Source: Blasia pusilla (taxonomy: Eukaryota). Taken from it: a stretch of 64,000 nt of DNA. Positions 34,701 to 47,800 of the stretch are shown here, piece by piece; positions within the stretch are counted from its first letter, which is position 1; every line of letters starts with the position of its first letter. Below the pieces are notes generated by a model. The model worked only from the letters and a program-made list of their open reading frames with translations. It had not been told where the DNA came from and searched no databases. The stretch lies in the NCBI GenBank assembly GCA_050084515.1, contig CM114271.1:33480001-33544000 (forward strand). The letters are read 5' to 3'. The translations under genes were made by a program, and so were the position numbers.

Positions 34701-37700
34701 ATACATTCGCCTATCCGTGTAGTTGCCATGCATATCCTTTTTAGCAGGCATGACAGTGGCTGATGCATACTCTCCATGCGACAACTCCACTAATCCAGCC
34801 TCCAAAAGGTCCAACGTCCTACTCTCAATCAGGTCCCTCTCCATATCATTATATCGGTAGGGACGACGGAAGATTGGCGTATCACTAGCCAAATCAATCC
34901 GTATACCGGGTCCAACCAGAGAACCTAACTCCTTCATGCTAAAGGCAAAACAACTCCTATAAGCACGTAGGAACTCTGTCAAGCGTCGTTTCTCACCTCC
35001 CGTAAGCTTGGGCCCAAGTAATGGCTCCCAAGTCTTCTCCACTGGCACACTAGAGGGAGAGGACGATGCCATTGGCTGCTACACAACCCCCTCACAAGAT
35101 GGTACACTCTTAGCTACACCATCATCTGAGCAAATAACTCCTCCACCAGTGGAACATTCTCCAGAATGTAAGGTGGAGCACGTGCTTGATGAACCTGAAG
35201 ATGTCGTAACACCCGTAACATCTCCCAAAACAATCGAGACCTAAGGTCGTGTAATCCCTCACCACGACCTGCACGTGTATGACCCTGACATGGCCATCCA
35301 GCAATCACCAAATCCACAAGACCAACCCTCTCAAGGTCCTGCGCCCCCAACAATGCAATGTGCGACGGCAAAGCACGTTGGTACCCACGAATAGCTGATG
35401 GCGGCAACAACTCAGGATATCTCCGCATCAACTGACCAATATGTCGGGATGAGACTCTCTGGGCCATCTCATCTCGCTCCACATACACGTATCTCTGCAC
35501 AGGAATACCGACCTACAACACTTCATCCAAACCAGTGCTAATCGCACCAAAGAGATCTAACACACAAATGCCCTCCAGCGCAGATACTGCCATACAATGG
35601 GTGTAGTATCCAAAGGGGATAACCCAACTGGACCAGAAGTAGGAGTCCGCCATGGGGTCTCCTCTTCCTCGTGAGGTATAACAGCCTCACACCAAGCCTC
35701 CTGCACTAGGCGATCACCCTCCTGCCGTAGTGCACCGCCTGAACTCCAAAGTGGCACATCCAATGATGAGGATGTCACGACTGCAAAAATAGGGACCTCC
35801 TCTACCTCCTCATGCGCAAGAGAATCCATAGCAGAAACATTACCCTCCAAACAGTCTCCTGGCCAAGTGACTACTCCACTAAAACCAGCCACAGATGCTA
35901 ACACTTTGTTGGGGAAGACCCTCTGGTCGAGCCCCAAAATAAATCTCACAGAACTTGGCTCATACGTCCATCCCGGACTGCCAACCAGGTCTATAAGACA
36001 CTGTCTCGATCCGATAATCCATCTGAAAACCCATCGGGTACAATCTGCTCCTCCAACTAGTACATCATACGACTCGGTGATGTGACTACCGTGAGATACT
36101 CCCAACCGGGAGCTATCATCACATGATCTGGTCTCAACATGCAGAAAACTTCTCCCGTGTCATGAATTGAGACCTATCATTGGCTCCTCCAAGTGATGTT
36201 TGAATCTGGAATGGGCAAGGCTCAAGCTCGACCTCCGAATACCCAAACCAATACATGCCACCTTTCCCAACATCAAGGTTGGGCACCGTGAGTCTAACAA
36301 GACTCTATCTGGTCTATACACCTGTCCTGTAGGACTCACCAATCGGAAGATCCTACTCCGGTTGTCCAACATACATACACCAGGTGTAAGCCTCTCACGA
36401 TCAATTGCTGGCCGGGCTGGTAATGCATCCATCTTCACCGCTGCTGCCTGGCAAGTAGCACTGGTACTCAATGCTACACCTGACATAGAGGGTCGCTCAA
36501 CCGCAACACCCTCATCCACCTCAACACATGTAGCAGTAACACCCCCACGTTCGCACAACGTGGCTGCTAGCTGAAATACAGGAGCTAAGTCAACTCCTAA
36601 AGCCATCAGCTCCGTGGCCGAAAACAATGGAGATCCCAACATTGAAGTTGCCATCCCCAATACTGCACTGGATGCTGTATCTGTGTCTACTACACGCGAT
36701 GTAGGATGTAGATGCCTCAGTCCCCACTGTCGGCTCAATAGGCTGCGTAGGAACCATGGATGGAGTCCTAAGCACCTCAGACAACAAGAATGAATGGGGA
36801 AGCCTAGCCTGCCTCCCAGCCTCACCCCTCAGTGGGTCCAACTCACAAAGAGCACCAAGTGGCTCTGACGCTCGAGTGGCTCCTCTCATAACTGCAGCTG
36901 ATGCCTCAACCTGTGATGCACTCGCCATATAAGAGAGATCATCCCCTCCATAAGAGGTGGAAGCCCCTGCTCCCGAACCTGATCTATGTTGGATATCAGC
37001 CATATGAGCCAACTTCTGCTCCAATTGCTCAATCGGCAACCATAGCGACGACTGTCGTAGTGGTAGGGGTAGCCACCGTAGGCTCTCCAACCACTGGTCC
37101 ACCTCTACCACCCCTACCACCTCTACCACGTCGGCCTCTCAGAGCTACTCCACCACGGCCGCGGCCTGATCTCAACTCTGGATGAAGATCAAAGCAACGC
37201 TCTCGAGGATGACCTGGTCTCCCGCAATGATCACACTAAGTTGGGGCTGATTGAGGCCCATCCTCCAAAGTTCGTCTCCCATCCTCTTGGGGACAAAACT
37301 TCCTAACATGATCACCTCCACATGTCCAACATAACTGTCCTTGCTACGGGGCAACAAATAAAGGCAATGGTCTCTGCGCAAGTGTCCCTCTAGGACCTGA
37401 CTGAGGTCGAGTGTACCCCCCACAACTCCCACTACTACTACCACCACCACTACTACGAGACTGTGAGGTGGGCTGGTGAACACGAGAAGTAGTAGTTGTA
37501 TCCCTACTAAATGCGGATGTCACCACTCTCTCCTTTACCATGTTAAGCTCAATCTTCTTAGATAGAGCAAACACATGGGTCAATGTGGATGAATCATCAC
37601 TCATAAGAGTAGCATCAGATACCCTACGGCGCAAATCTCTGTCCAAGATCCCATACCAAAACTGGACTGTCTGATCCTCAATCACACCCTGGGTAACTGA

Positions 37701-39205
37701 AATCAAACGTCGCATACGAGTGTATGCCTCACGAAGACTCTAACCAGTCTTTCGCTCAAATTCCTCAAGACTCCTCAACTTCTCCGTCTTCACTCCCTGA
37801 TAGTTCTTCTTCAACCTCTTGAAGAACTCTGCAACCGGGTTGAACGATGGTGGGGCACTAGTACCTCCACTAGTACCCCCACTAGAACCTCCACTGGTAC
37901 ACCCACTCCGGCTCGTACTCGTACCACTCAACGTCGGGCTGGCCGGCATAGTAGGAGCACTACTACCAATACCACCATGGGTGATAGACATATAGCCTGG
38001 AGACCAATATTGTCTCCATGCCTCAATCTCAGCAACATGGTCCTTCCTAAACTCATGGTAATCATCCATGGGTGGTCCTTCCAAGTGTTGAAACAACCCT
38101 TCCAAGCCAAGAAGGGTGTAAACAACGTGGCGTTCCGCAACATCTGCATATCACACCACGTATCAAACTCCTGCATGAAGTCCTCCAACTCAATGTTGCC
38201 CATTGCATCCGAGTATCGTCGTGGGCCCTTCATGGCCCCATATCCACCGTCCATGTCCCAAATCAATGGAGCTGCAACACTCGATAACAACGTAGAAGAC
38301 TCGGTGTTTGGAACACCCTCGTCCTCCTCTTCATCAACCGTCGGAAGTGGAAAAGGTAGCCGATACCTAAATCCACTTCGTGTGAAACCACCACTGTCCG
38401 CACCACGGTCCCCAACCAGACCACTCGACAGCTCCGTGATGACCAACGCCGATGCCGCACCACTACCAAATTACCACCACCAAATAACCAAGTGACGTCG
38501 ATGTCGCTATACTATTCTAGCTCTACTAGCTATGGGTGTAGGCAACCTAATTTGTCATCACCACAAGAAGCCTCCCACGGTCTACTCATCATCCCTCCAG
38601 CCTCACTACCGGTAGCACACAGGAGTAACACTACTCTCGAAATCAGCGTCAACCCTTACAATGGGCTCGCAAGCAAGAAGCACCGATGGAGGGGATCCAA
38701 ACACAGGAAGTCCAACGACAACCCTCCAATCGCAAATGGAAATCAAGATAACATAATCCACCAATCCTGTGTGGTGCCCCCTGAATCCACAAAACCCACC
38801 ACACAATTTTAACGCAATAGCTACTCCGCCGCGGGTCGATGACGTGCTAGTCGAACTCGCAGCACCTGAAAATATCACCTGCATGGAGAGGCTACCCCTT
38901 ACTATGCGCTAGAGGTACATCAACCAAAAACCTGAGATGCATAAAGTGCCTAACACATCTCCAAACAACACCAAATGAGCTACAACAGTGTGTACACTGG
39001 CATAGTTAAGAACTCAGCAGTTAAGCGTCCTCCAAGCAAAATAGCCCAAAGATGGGTGACCAGTTATGCAACACTCAAATCCCAAATCCTGCAAAAATTG
39101 TCTCACGCCCAAGCAAGCAAGCTTGCTTGCTTGCTCCTTGCTCCTTACTGCGCCTCTCACGCCCACTCGTCCCGAGCTACCACGAGTTGCCTCGAAGTTG
39201 CACCG
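31774..39205 (-). mobile_element. Element 3: decayed DNMT/PHD Gypsy-like element of a second family; body on the minus strand
   Basis: Leader ~38450-39205; gag ~36900-38446 with knuckles CWTCGGDHVRKFC and CDHCGRPGHPRERC; protease LLDSRCP ~36290; DNMT 35150-35563; 386-aa RT/RNase H ORF 33912-35072 (YIDD); integrase ORFs 32603-33670 and 32140-32628; PHD ~31980-32120; PPT-like ~31816-31826; B fragment 31774-31815. Confidence 0.92.
35150..35563 (-). pseudogene. Element 3 DNMT domain, motifs I-VI (motifs VIII-X deleted)
   Basis: VLDLFGAISTG, YVYVERD, DLVIAGWPCQG (intact catalytic PC), RSRLFWEMLRVL, YILENVP, then a direct jump to the pre-RT linker. Confidence 0.88.
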
Positions 39206-39610
39206 TAGTGGCTTGGTAGAGATGCGGTTTCATACATAGGGTTGGGGGTTACTCAGTTGGGGATGACTTTCCCAGTAGGGCCCGCTCTTAGGTTGGAGGA
39301 TATAAGGTGGAGTGCACTCAACCTAAGAGTCAATTTTTGAGTTGAGCCTGTTGCGTTGGGAGTTAGCCTTGGTAGTGAGTAGAGCTCTTGGCTATGGTGT
39401 TTCCCGCAAGCTTCGACCTAGATTCTCCCATCGTGGAGTGGGTTTGGCTCGATTGTATGTGATTCTATACGTGTTTTATGACAATAGGTCTTTCACGGAT
39501 TTCAGTTTTGGTACACTTGTGTTTGTGGATACTCTCGTCTATGTTATGTATGTTTGTGAGTATGGTATGTCAGCGATGTATGTTGTATGACGATGTGGAT
39601 TCGCACAACA
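39206..39610 (+). repeat. Partial A plus complete B terminal repeat of the element 3 family, in opposite orientation to the element body
   Basis: ~39509-39545 TGGTACACTTGTGTTTGTGGATACTCTCG.CTATGTT matches the reverse complement of 31774-31812; ends with the family terminus GCACAACA at 39610; TATA-like GATATAAG at ~39299. Confidence 0.75.
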
Positions 39611-40439
39611 CGCTAGAAGCTGTAGAATATTTTAGTTCATATAAATTTGCTTTGATGTGGCCATTAGGACTTCACGAACATCAAAATTTTAGTTCTAATA
39701 ACTAACCACACAATATTCCTCCTTAGGAAGATCAAGGCCAAATGAGACCTCAAGTTCTAATTAGGCTCCCTCAGGTTAGCCCATAGGACCCTTGATACCA
39801 CAATTGGATAACACGCTTTAGATAGAATTAGAGCTTAAGCTCCATTTTTGCAGAACTTAAGCGTATAACCTTCAACCTGCATTCGAATGTTGCCAAGATG
39901 AAGGCAACCTCTTTCTTCACTTTCCCAATATGTATGGACCATGCAAGGTAGGTTGCGATGACCTCATTTAATTCCATGCTTCAATTATCATACGTTGACA
40001 TATTCATCCCACAAAATTTTATTGGCGTGTCCCATGTTTGCGAGGACTTCATGATGTCGGATTTTCCAAGAGACGAACGCCCAATTGGAAGTGAGAATGT
40101 TTTTCTTATGAATCATAAAACAAACTCTTTTTTGGTTTGTTTATAGAAGATTTAGTACATTTGAGACAATATTTAAAATTAATTTAATAAATCTCAGGCC
40201 ATCGAACCCTTGAGATGTCAAGAAGAATTATCACGGGAAAATAAACTAATCTATTCTTAAACATTTTACCTTCCTACTCTGATCTTCGGTAGAAAAAAGA
40301 GACTCAATTTCTTGCAAAAGAAGATGAGTGGAACGAAGGAGTGGACTTGTTGTTGTGGGGAGGATTTGATTCAAATTTAATGAACTTGATTCCTAATTTT
40401 ACTTTGAAGCTCAAATTCAAGGAAATTAGAATCATTACG

Positions 40440-40560
40440 ACAGTCAGAAGCCCATAAATGTTTCAATTCACCATATCTATCGAAATTGGTGTTAAATTAT
40501 TTAGGTGTTAGAGATATTGATATGAGCTTGAGGGGGAGTATTGGACAATTATGCTTGTTT
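40440..40560 (+). mobile_element. Probable Copia 3' end (end of pol, PPT, start of 3' LTR)
   Basis: LGVRDIDMSLRG followed by the Copia-type PPT GCTTGAGGGGGAG and TATTGG (likely a mutated TGTTGG LTR start). Confidence 0.5.
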
Positions 40561-43500
40561 AACAATTTTCCGCAGGGGAGATCTGGTTTACAGAGAAACC
40601 ATCATAAGGATGAGTGGGTATTCCTTGTTCGATAGTGCAACTACTCAATGTATGAGGTGTATTCGCAATAGATATTGCTACAAAAGATTAATTGGGCGAC
40701 AAAAACTCTATAAGGGCCAATATATGTAGTGGACCAATGCCGATGATGGTAATATCCATTGGGATATCTTTGGGTGCTAGACCTTCTATAATAGTGCAAT
40801 GATGTATGCATGGTACATTAGGTGTATCTTAAACCTTAGAGGGGTTTAAGTTTTAAACCAAGGAGACCCATTAAACCTTAGAGGGGAACTCGGTTTTATC
40901 TAATGGTAACATAGTCACTTGGGAGTGCAAAGAGGTTCTATTTTTTTTGGTTCCTTTGGCGTGAGGTGTGTATGCGCCCATGCGTCCACCAAATGAAGTG
41001 CAAATGCCAATCATAGTACCTTCAAAAATATCAAATGACAACTCAAGCTAATTGTGGGTTGTGCTTGATAACGAGCATACGGTGGAAAGACTTCAAACCT
41101 ATGAGCGCATAAAAAAGTTAAAAAGGAGGGAATATGTCATGATAAAAAGAGCCTCAAACCTACGAAGAGTATTGTGCTGAGGTATGTGTAACACACATGT
41201 GAGAGTTAATGATAAAGTTAGTGTTTGAGGAAGCATACTAATGGAGGTTGTTATGTAAACTCATGAGAGGAAAAAAAGAACGAGCGTCATATTAATTCAA
41301 GGTAGGTTAGGGATTGAGTTGATAAAATTTCCATTGGATTGCGATAAAAAAGTGTAGCGTTCATGCAATGTGTTATGTTTGTCACTCTTCATCGCGACAC
41401 ATACTCTCCACTTTTTGCAAAGCATGTCTACTTCTAGGGACTTGTGTCATGACATACTTCCAACCATGAAGGGAGAAGTGTTCCATGTTGAAATATTTCT
41501 CCACTTGCAAGGGAAAGACAAAGGGTCCATCTCTCTCTCTCTCCCTTTTGTTGGAATCACATGTCCATCCTAAACACATCACAATCATCCACAAGAACGA
41601 AAGTTGTGGGGCCCCAAAGGAGGTCAAACACGAGAGGCCATAAGCAAATCAAAAAGTATTTTCCCATAATAATATCCACGAAGGGGAAAGATTTTAAAAC
41701 AAACAAATCACGAGAACGAATGAGAGCTAATGCTACCAAATAAAAACTATTAATGAAATTAAGACTTAGATGAAGGGGAGGATTAAAAAAAAATTGTGAT
41801 AAGAAATCGGAACTAATGCTACCAAATAAAGTAAAGCCAACAACATCCATGGCGAAAAACAAAAAAAGTTCTCTTCGAATATGTTCGAATAACTAGCAAC
41901 CAATGCCATTCCACCTTACAATTGTCAACCCCTTCTTTATTTAGTTCCATTTCCTTTGTTCTCGCCACATGCACCTCACGAGTCGTACTAATTCAGATGT
42001 TATAAATGAATCAATATATGGTTACTTCCCAACCTCTCTAGAACGACTCCAACAACTTGGTCAAATTGTTCCTGCATCAATACTAAAATAATAATAATAG
42101 AAAAATGAAAAGTAAGGAACAGGTGGCGAAAGCGAAGAACGGACTGTCCCTTGACGGGAAGGCTTGTTTCCAACTGCTCGATGAGCCTGCGGGCGAAGCA
42201 GCATCCACATCCACCTAACTACCTTCGCTTTTCAGGAGGTGGTGTTCCGCATGGGAACGATGGAGTTGGACAATTTGCAAGACCGGGAAGGAGAGTGCCT
42301 GTTGTACTAGTTCTGAAAGTAGACGTTGATTTGATGCTGAGACTTCCACGACTGAAGAAGAGCTAGTGCTTCGAATGAGCGTTTCGGGGAACGGTGGAGT
42401 TTATTTAATAACAATTTCTTGTTCCGCCGGATTTTTTTTAGGTGGCGGTTTGATCGGCGGATGGAGGCTGCTGAATTTGTGCAGGTTTGAACGGGGAGTT
42501 TTAATTTTACTTCCCAATCGATAGCTGTTTCTTCGATCTTGCTGGATGCGGAGCGCATTCGGATTTAATTGAGCCTTGGTGTCGAATGCGGGAGGCTACT
42601 TGCGATCGGTGGCGGTTCCATAGTTTTGAATTTTGTGTGGAAAGTTTTGTTTCTTGCCCTGTCGAGAGCCGGTGTTGTCTCAAATGCGGAAACTGGTTGA
42701 ATTGGTGTACACGAGAAAGCGAAACCGCTGTTGGACGAACTGCATAAGTGTTATCGAATCAGTAAAGTTCGGCAATTCTGTGTCAGTGAGAACGAAGCTG
42801 GTGCTGCATGAGTTTCGAAATTCAATGTGGCTCCGATGAGTGGAAGCACATCTATTCGTGTATGAATTCCATTACTTTAGTTAGGCTTGTGTCAGAAGAG
42901 TGGCTTTTTTCCCCTACTTGGTCTGCTTCTAAGATCTCGCTGAATGCTGGCTCTGGTTTGATATTGAGTGAGGACCTCGGTTGATGGTAAGATTTGCAGG
43001 ACTTCTTTTAAAATTCCCAAGTTAGTGAAGGCGAGAGAAATGGAGCTGGGCTGTCATTCGAAGTTGGCATTTCTGAATCTGGTGGAATCAGTTTCACAAG
43101 GAACGTGGTTAACCTCGTCTCCGCCGCTCGCTTGAACCGAGAGGCTGTCCTTGGATGTGAGTGCGGTCTTCGTCTCCGTCTCCGTCTTTGTATTTGTACT
43201 TCTTGCTAAACCCCTCGAAAGGAAATGCTTTGCTTCAGCGATGTGAATTTTGGAGTAGAAAACTCGGGATCTTAAAATATTTTTGATCGGAAACGTATTG
43301 TAATACATTTTCAAGTGAGAACTGCTTCTCTTCTGTGTTCTTCATCTATCTTCTGCTGATTCAAGTATGGTGAAAGAGTATATCCCCTGGTTAAGTTATA
43401 TGGACTCTGTACTCCTGACTGCAGATCGCTCTTCGGATTCTCTGTGGATTATTAGTAAACGATAGCTCTTGACGGAAGAACTGTTTTTGGCGAGTTCGGT

Positions 43501-44804
43501 TGTAAGTTTGATGCGCAGCACTTGACCCGTACGTCACATTTAATGACTATGCTGAATAAACTCCCTGGATAGCTGGAAGGATTAGGATATCATAGGTGAT
43601 CAGCAGAGTGCCACTCTCAAATTTTGGGGTGGGGCTTTCAATGTGGAAGCTCAATCCAAACTGGACCTGAGCTGCATTTTCTCGTGTGCGATACTATAGC
43701 AGTGTCATCCTCCAGCGCGTTCCCTTCTACGATGTGCCACCACGATGTGGCCATTGAAGCTTTAACGTGATAGACTTGGCCAGTGTTAAGCTCAATTGGG
43801 CTCTCGCATAGAGGATTTCTCTAATGGGTGGCGGGAGGTGGAGCTACTTTGCTTGCTCCAGCTCGGCGCGGATCATCCCTCGTAAATTTTCAAACTATTG
43901 CCAGAGTTCAATTCTGAGGCACGTGCACTTTGCCAGACAAGATTGTTCATTAGCTGGAAGTCAAAATGGTAAATTCTGTTTCCTAACCGCAGACTACATG
44001 ATTCGGAAAACTGGCGCACGTTGCTTGGATCCACTGTGAGGGCCCGAAAGATTGAAGTCTGCAAGACAGAAGCTGTCTCCTCTCAGAGTCCTCTGTAGCG
44101 GTTCTTCGAGCTTAATAATGACAACGTGATTATCTACCGATCTATTCAGTTTCGTATAACCAGCTGAAAAGAGCTTTTCATCTGCGAAGGAGTCCAACGC
44201 GGAGTCGCTTACCAGGATTATGGAGTTCTTAGAGGATGACGTGGATGACCTATTCTCAGGTAGTCAGTTAACTCATCCAAAGAAAGTCTTAATTGCTTCA
44301 TTTGGACTTGTGGCTGACTAAAGGTGAGGTGAAGCTAACGTCTAGAAATTATTTCTGACGGAAGGGAATTTCGATCCATGATTACCTACTGCATCGGGTG
44401 AATGGAAGTTCTTCCAAGAACCACAGATCTCATATACGGGCTGTTCGCTACCAGCGATTGAGGAATGAGGAACGATGGTAGAAAGTAGAGAGTATTGCTT
44501 CACTGCCGAAGTTGGTTTGTGGTCTTCTTGAATCAGCAAATATGTGACTATGAGAAATCAGAAAATAGAATAAAGGAATGAATAACTGACCATTCAGAAG
44601 ATTCTGGAATCTGAAAGAGAAGGAAGAACGACTCTATATTACAGTTATTGGAGTGAGCTTCAGTTCATGGACCTGGATGAGCAATGCAAGTTTCTGGGAT
44701 GGGCGTAGACATATTCTCCCTAAGAAGCAATGTGCCGTACACTAACAGTCTTAGATTATGATGGAGTGAATGAATGAAGAGAGGGTTATAAGCGATTAAC
44801 GGAC

Positions 44805-47800
44805 ATGTCTCTGATCCCAGACTCTGCAACCTTGGATAATGAATTGGGAGGTGACTACACCTATGAGGAAGTCGAGATGGATAGTGAAACTGAAGCAGAA
44901 GATGAGACACATTCCGAAGACCTTGATTCCACCATGCGTTCAATACAAAAGCTGACATTCCTGATTGGTAATGACTTCTTTCCTCAAAGTTTTTCAGTCC
45001 ATCATTTGGCACCTTGTCACATTTGTGTTAGACTTACAGCCACTTATACTTTCGAATCTTGTAGCATCAAATATCTCATTTCAACCAGGGCGAGTTATGT
45101 GGGATTTCATTTACACGAGGTACTTGGGTAGTAACAGAAAGGTTGATACTTGCACACGAACAAACATACATCCTTCCAAATAAAACTAACCAACCACCTG
45201 CGAGTGATGGGCTGCGCAGGCAAGAACAAGGGATTAGCAGCTGGTGTTACTACAAAAGTGAAAACCTATGGGGAGGTCATGGATGACTTCGTGCGTAATT
45301 TCTTGGTGGCAAATGGTTGCGTTAAGACTGTTGAGTGCTTCGAGGTCAGTTTGTTTTCACGCCCATCTCCATCCTTGCATCGGTAAAGTTATCCCAATTT
45401 GTCGTAGCTGATGTGTTCAACGAAGGTTCTGAGAACAGCGTTTGAACACGTGTGTTGATGACTACGTAGGTCGGTCATGCGGGTTTTATCTTATAGGAAT
45501 TATGGTGCGGAAGATATAAAAGGTCATGACTATAGAGTGGAGGGCTATCACTATATATAGATCAGGATCTGAGAACTTTCAAGAACCATTTGTTCATCTC
45601 CACAATTTGAAGCCGGGAAAACAGAATCTCAGTATAATACGATGACAGTTATAGCTAGATGAATTCCACGTTGATCTTCTTAGTCACTGCCCCACTTCAT
45701 GTTGCGCTTGAAGTTGTAATAGATTCACAAGAAAGGGGATACTTATTACTTTCTTTCATTAGTCTTGAGCCGTGCAGCAGATCAAAACTCTAGAGGCTAC
45801 TGTTATCTATAAAGTTTATGATGAATGGAGCAGAGCCGGGACATTGAATACTACCAGCTAAAAAATTATTTAAATACCAATCCTCTGGCCGATAACTCAA
45901 ACCAGATAGCTGTTAGATTCAAGATCATTTGCCTCATGTAGCGTTTTCTTCTTTTCTTTGTTTGATTAGTTCGAAGGAGATGTCAAAAGCTGCTGCATCG
46001 ATCAGATTAGTCTGTTGGACCAGGACGACCATGTTCCATGAACCGAGCTGTATCCGGTCACAGGTTGTGTGTCAAAGTATGATTCAATGTGAAGAATTTT
46101 TCACTACAAAGTATTACCTCGACATCTCTGGATGTCAACCGTGGAACTCCCCACCTCGTGCCTTTCAGAGGTGTTGCATGTGCAGGGGAAAAAACTTCAG
46201 AGGCGCTCGAGATTCCAGATTTCTCTCTTTGCTGTTCAAACTTCTAGGCTCATCCTCTGAGCCCCCTCTCACTTAGCTTCCGAAACTTTCTTCTCAACCA
46301 AGAAGAAGACTCAGAACTTGAGTCAGAGGGCTGAGGCAGAATCAAGGACGATTGTCGGTTAGACGTGTCGAAGTTAAAATCCTTTTTTGCATTAGTCTGA
46401 CCTGGTCACCTAAACTCGGGACTGAGACGGAATTCCCATTTTGAAGAAAGGTATCGGTTTGATGTGTCCAACAAAATTCGTCTTTCTATTAGGATAAACT
46501 AGTCCCCCCGACCATTGTGCATGGTCTTCCTTAACTTGAACACGAGAACCTCAAATTTATGTCTGGAAGGCTATCTTTCTTTCGCAGGGAGGTCTCAAAT
46601 TTGACAGCACTACTAATGTGTCTGAAAGTGTACTTACGCCGATTGGGTGGGGAATCTTTGCAGACAGAGTGGTACGACCTGAAAGAAAAGGGACGTCTCT
46701 TGGACTGCCATCTTGAGAAACCACCTGATGAGTATATCCGCTCGCTGCAAATTCAAGATACTCTTGTTAAAGTTCAAGACCAGCTGAAGCAAGCCAATCT
46801 TCTTGCCCAGTACCTTTCACCACTTCCTGCGTTATTTGGACTTTCTTGAGAACTGTGTGGTTGGCTGACTTCTTTGTACAAAGTAACGGCTCAATTATGA
46901 AACCAACCTTTCATACATGCTTTCTCGTAAACTTAGAACCTTTTCAGGCGACTTGTGAGAACTGTAGGGACGTAAGTCGAAACATGTAGTAATCTGGGAC
47001 AGCTCAATCGAACGTAGAATAAGTCAATTCCCCCTAATGGACGTTGGTTCAGATTGCAGTTGTAGACAAGAGATGACAGACAAGTTTCGAAAGGAGAGAA
47101 ACGTCCACCGTATGCATCATTGCCGCATAGCTCAAGAAAAGAACAAATTAATCAATGATATAAAGGTTGGATTCCGAACATTTCAACCTAAATCCTGTCT
47201 GTTGCATATCAATTATCAAGAGGTTTTGTTTTGTCGAATAAATGTAGGCGAAATCTATTACTGGGGTTCTAGCATGTATCTCGTTGAGCTTGCCTAGGTT
47301 GCTTGACTGTCTCACTTCCGGAGATGCCGTACATGTATCGACACGTGGAGTTTTTCAAAGTGGTCTAGGAGCAGCAATGTGTGGCATTGTAACAATTTTG
47401 AATCGATGGATATCATGTTCCTCGACAACAACTGCTTAATGGGGTTCCAATTAGGAAGTAACTGGGCAACAAACGTCTGAGTGACTCTCTGTGTACTAAC
47501 ACCAGAGAACCTGAGAGTTTTGTGGCGCGGTTGCTTCCAAATTGGAAACCAACCGAAGTGAAGGAAGAAGAAGGATGATGAAAATTACGGCAAGATTCAC
47601 AGCTTCAAACGAGCAATTCACACGTCAACATAGTACTTCTTGTCCTTCTTGGGTGGGTTGGTGGGTGCAGCTTCTACGCAAACATTTTTCCAGGTACGAA
47701 CCAATTATTCGGTCGCTGAAGAGGAAATATGAACTGGCAGTTCGCGCGAAGGCAATGATGACCCTTGAACGCGATAAACTCAAAGACTTGGTGAGATTCT

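Noticed and set aside
42100-44800. Short ORFs upstream of PF20
   Set aside because: No homology recognised; consistent with promoter, 5' UTR and intron sequence.
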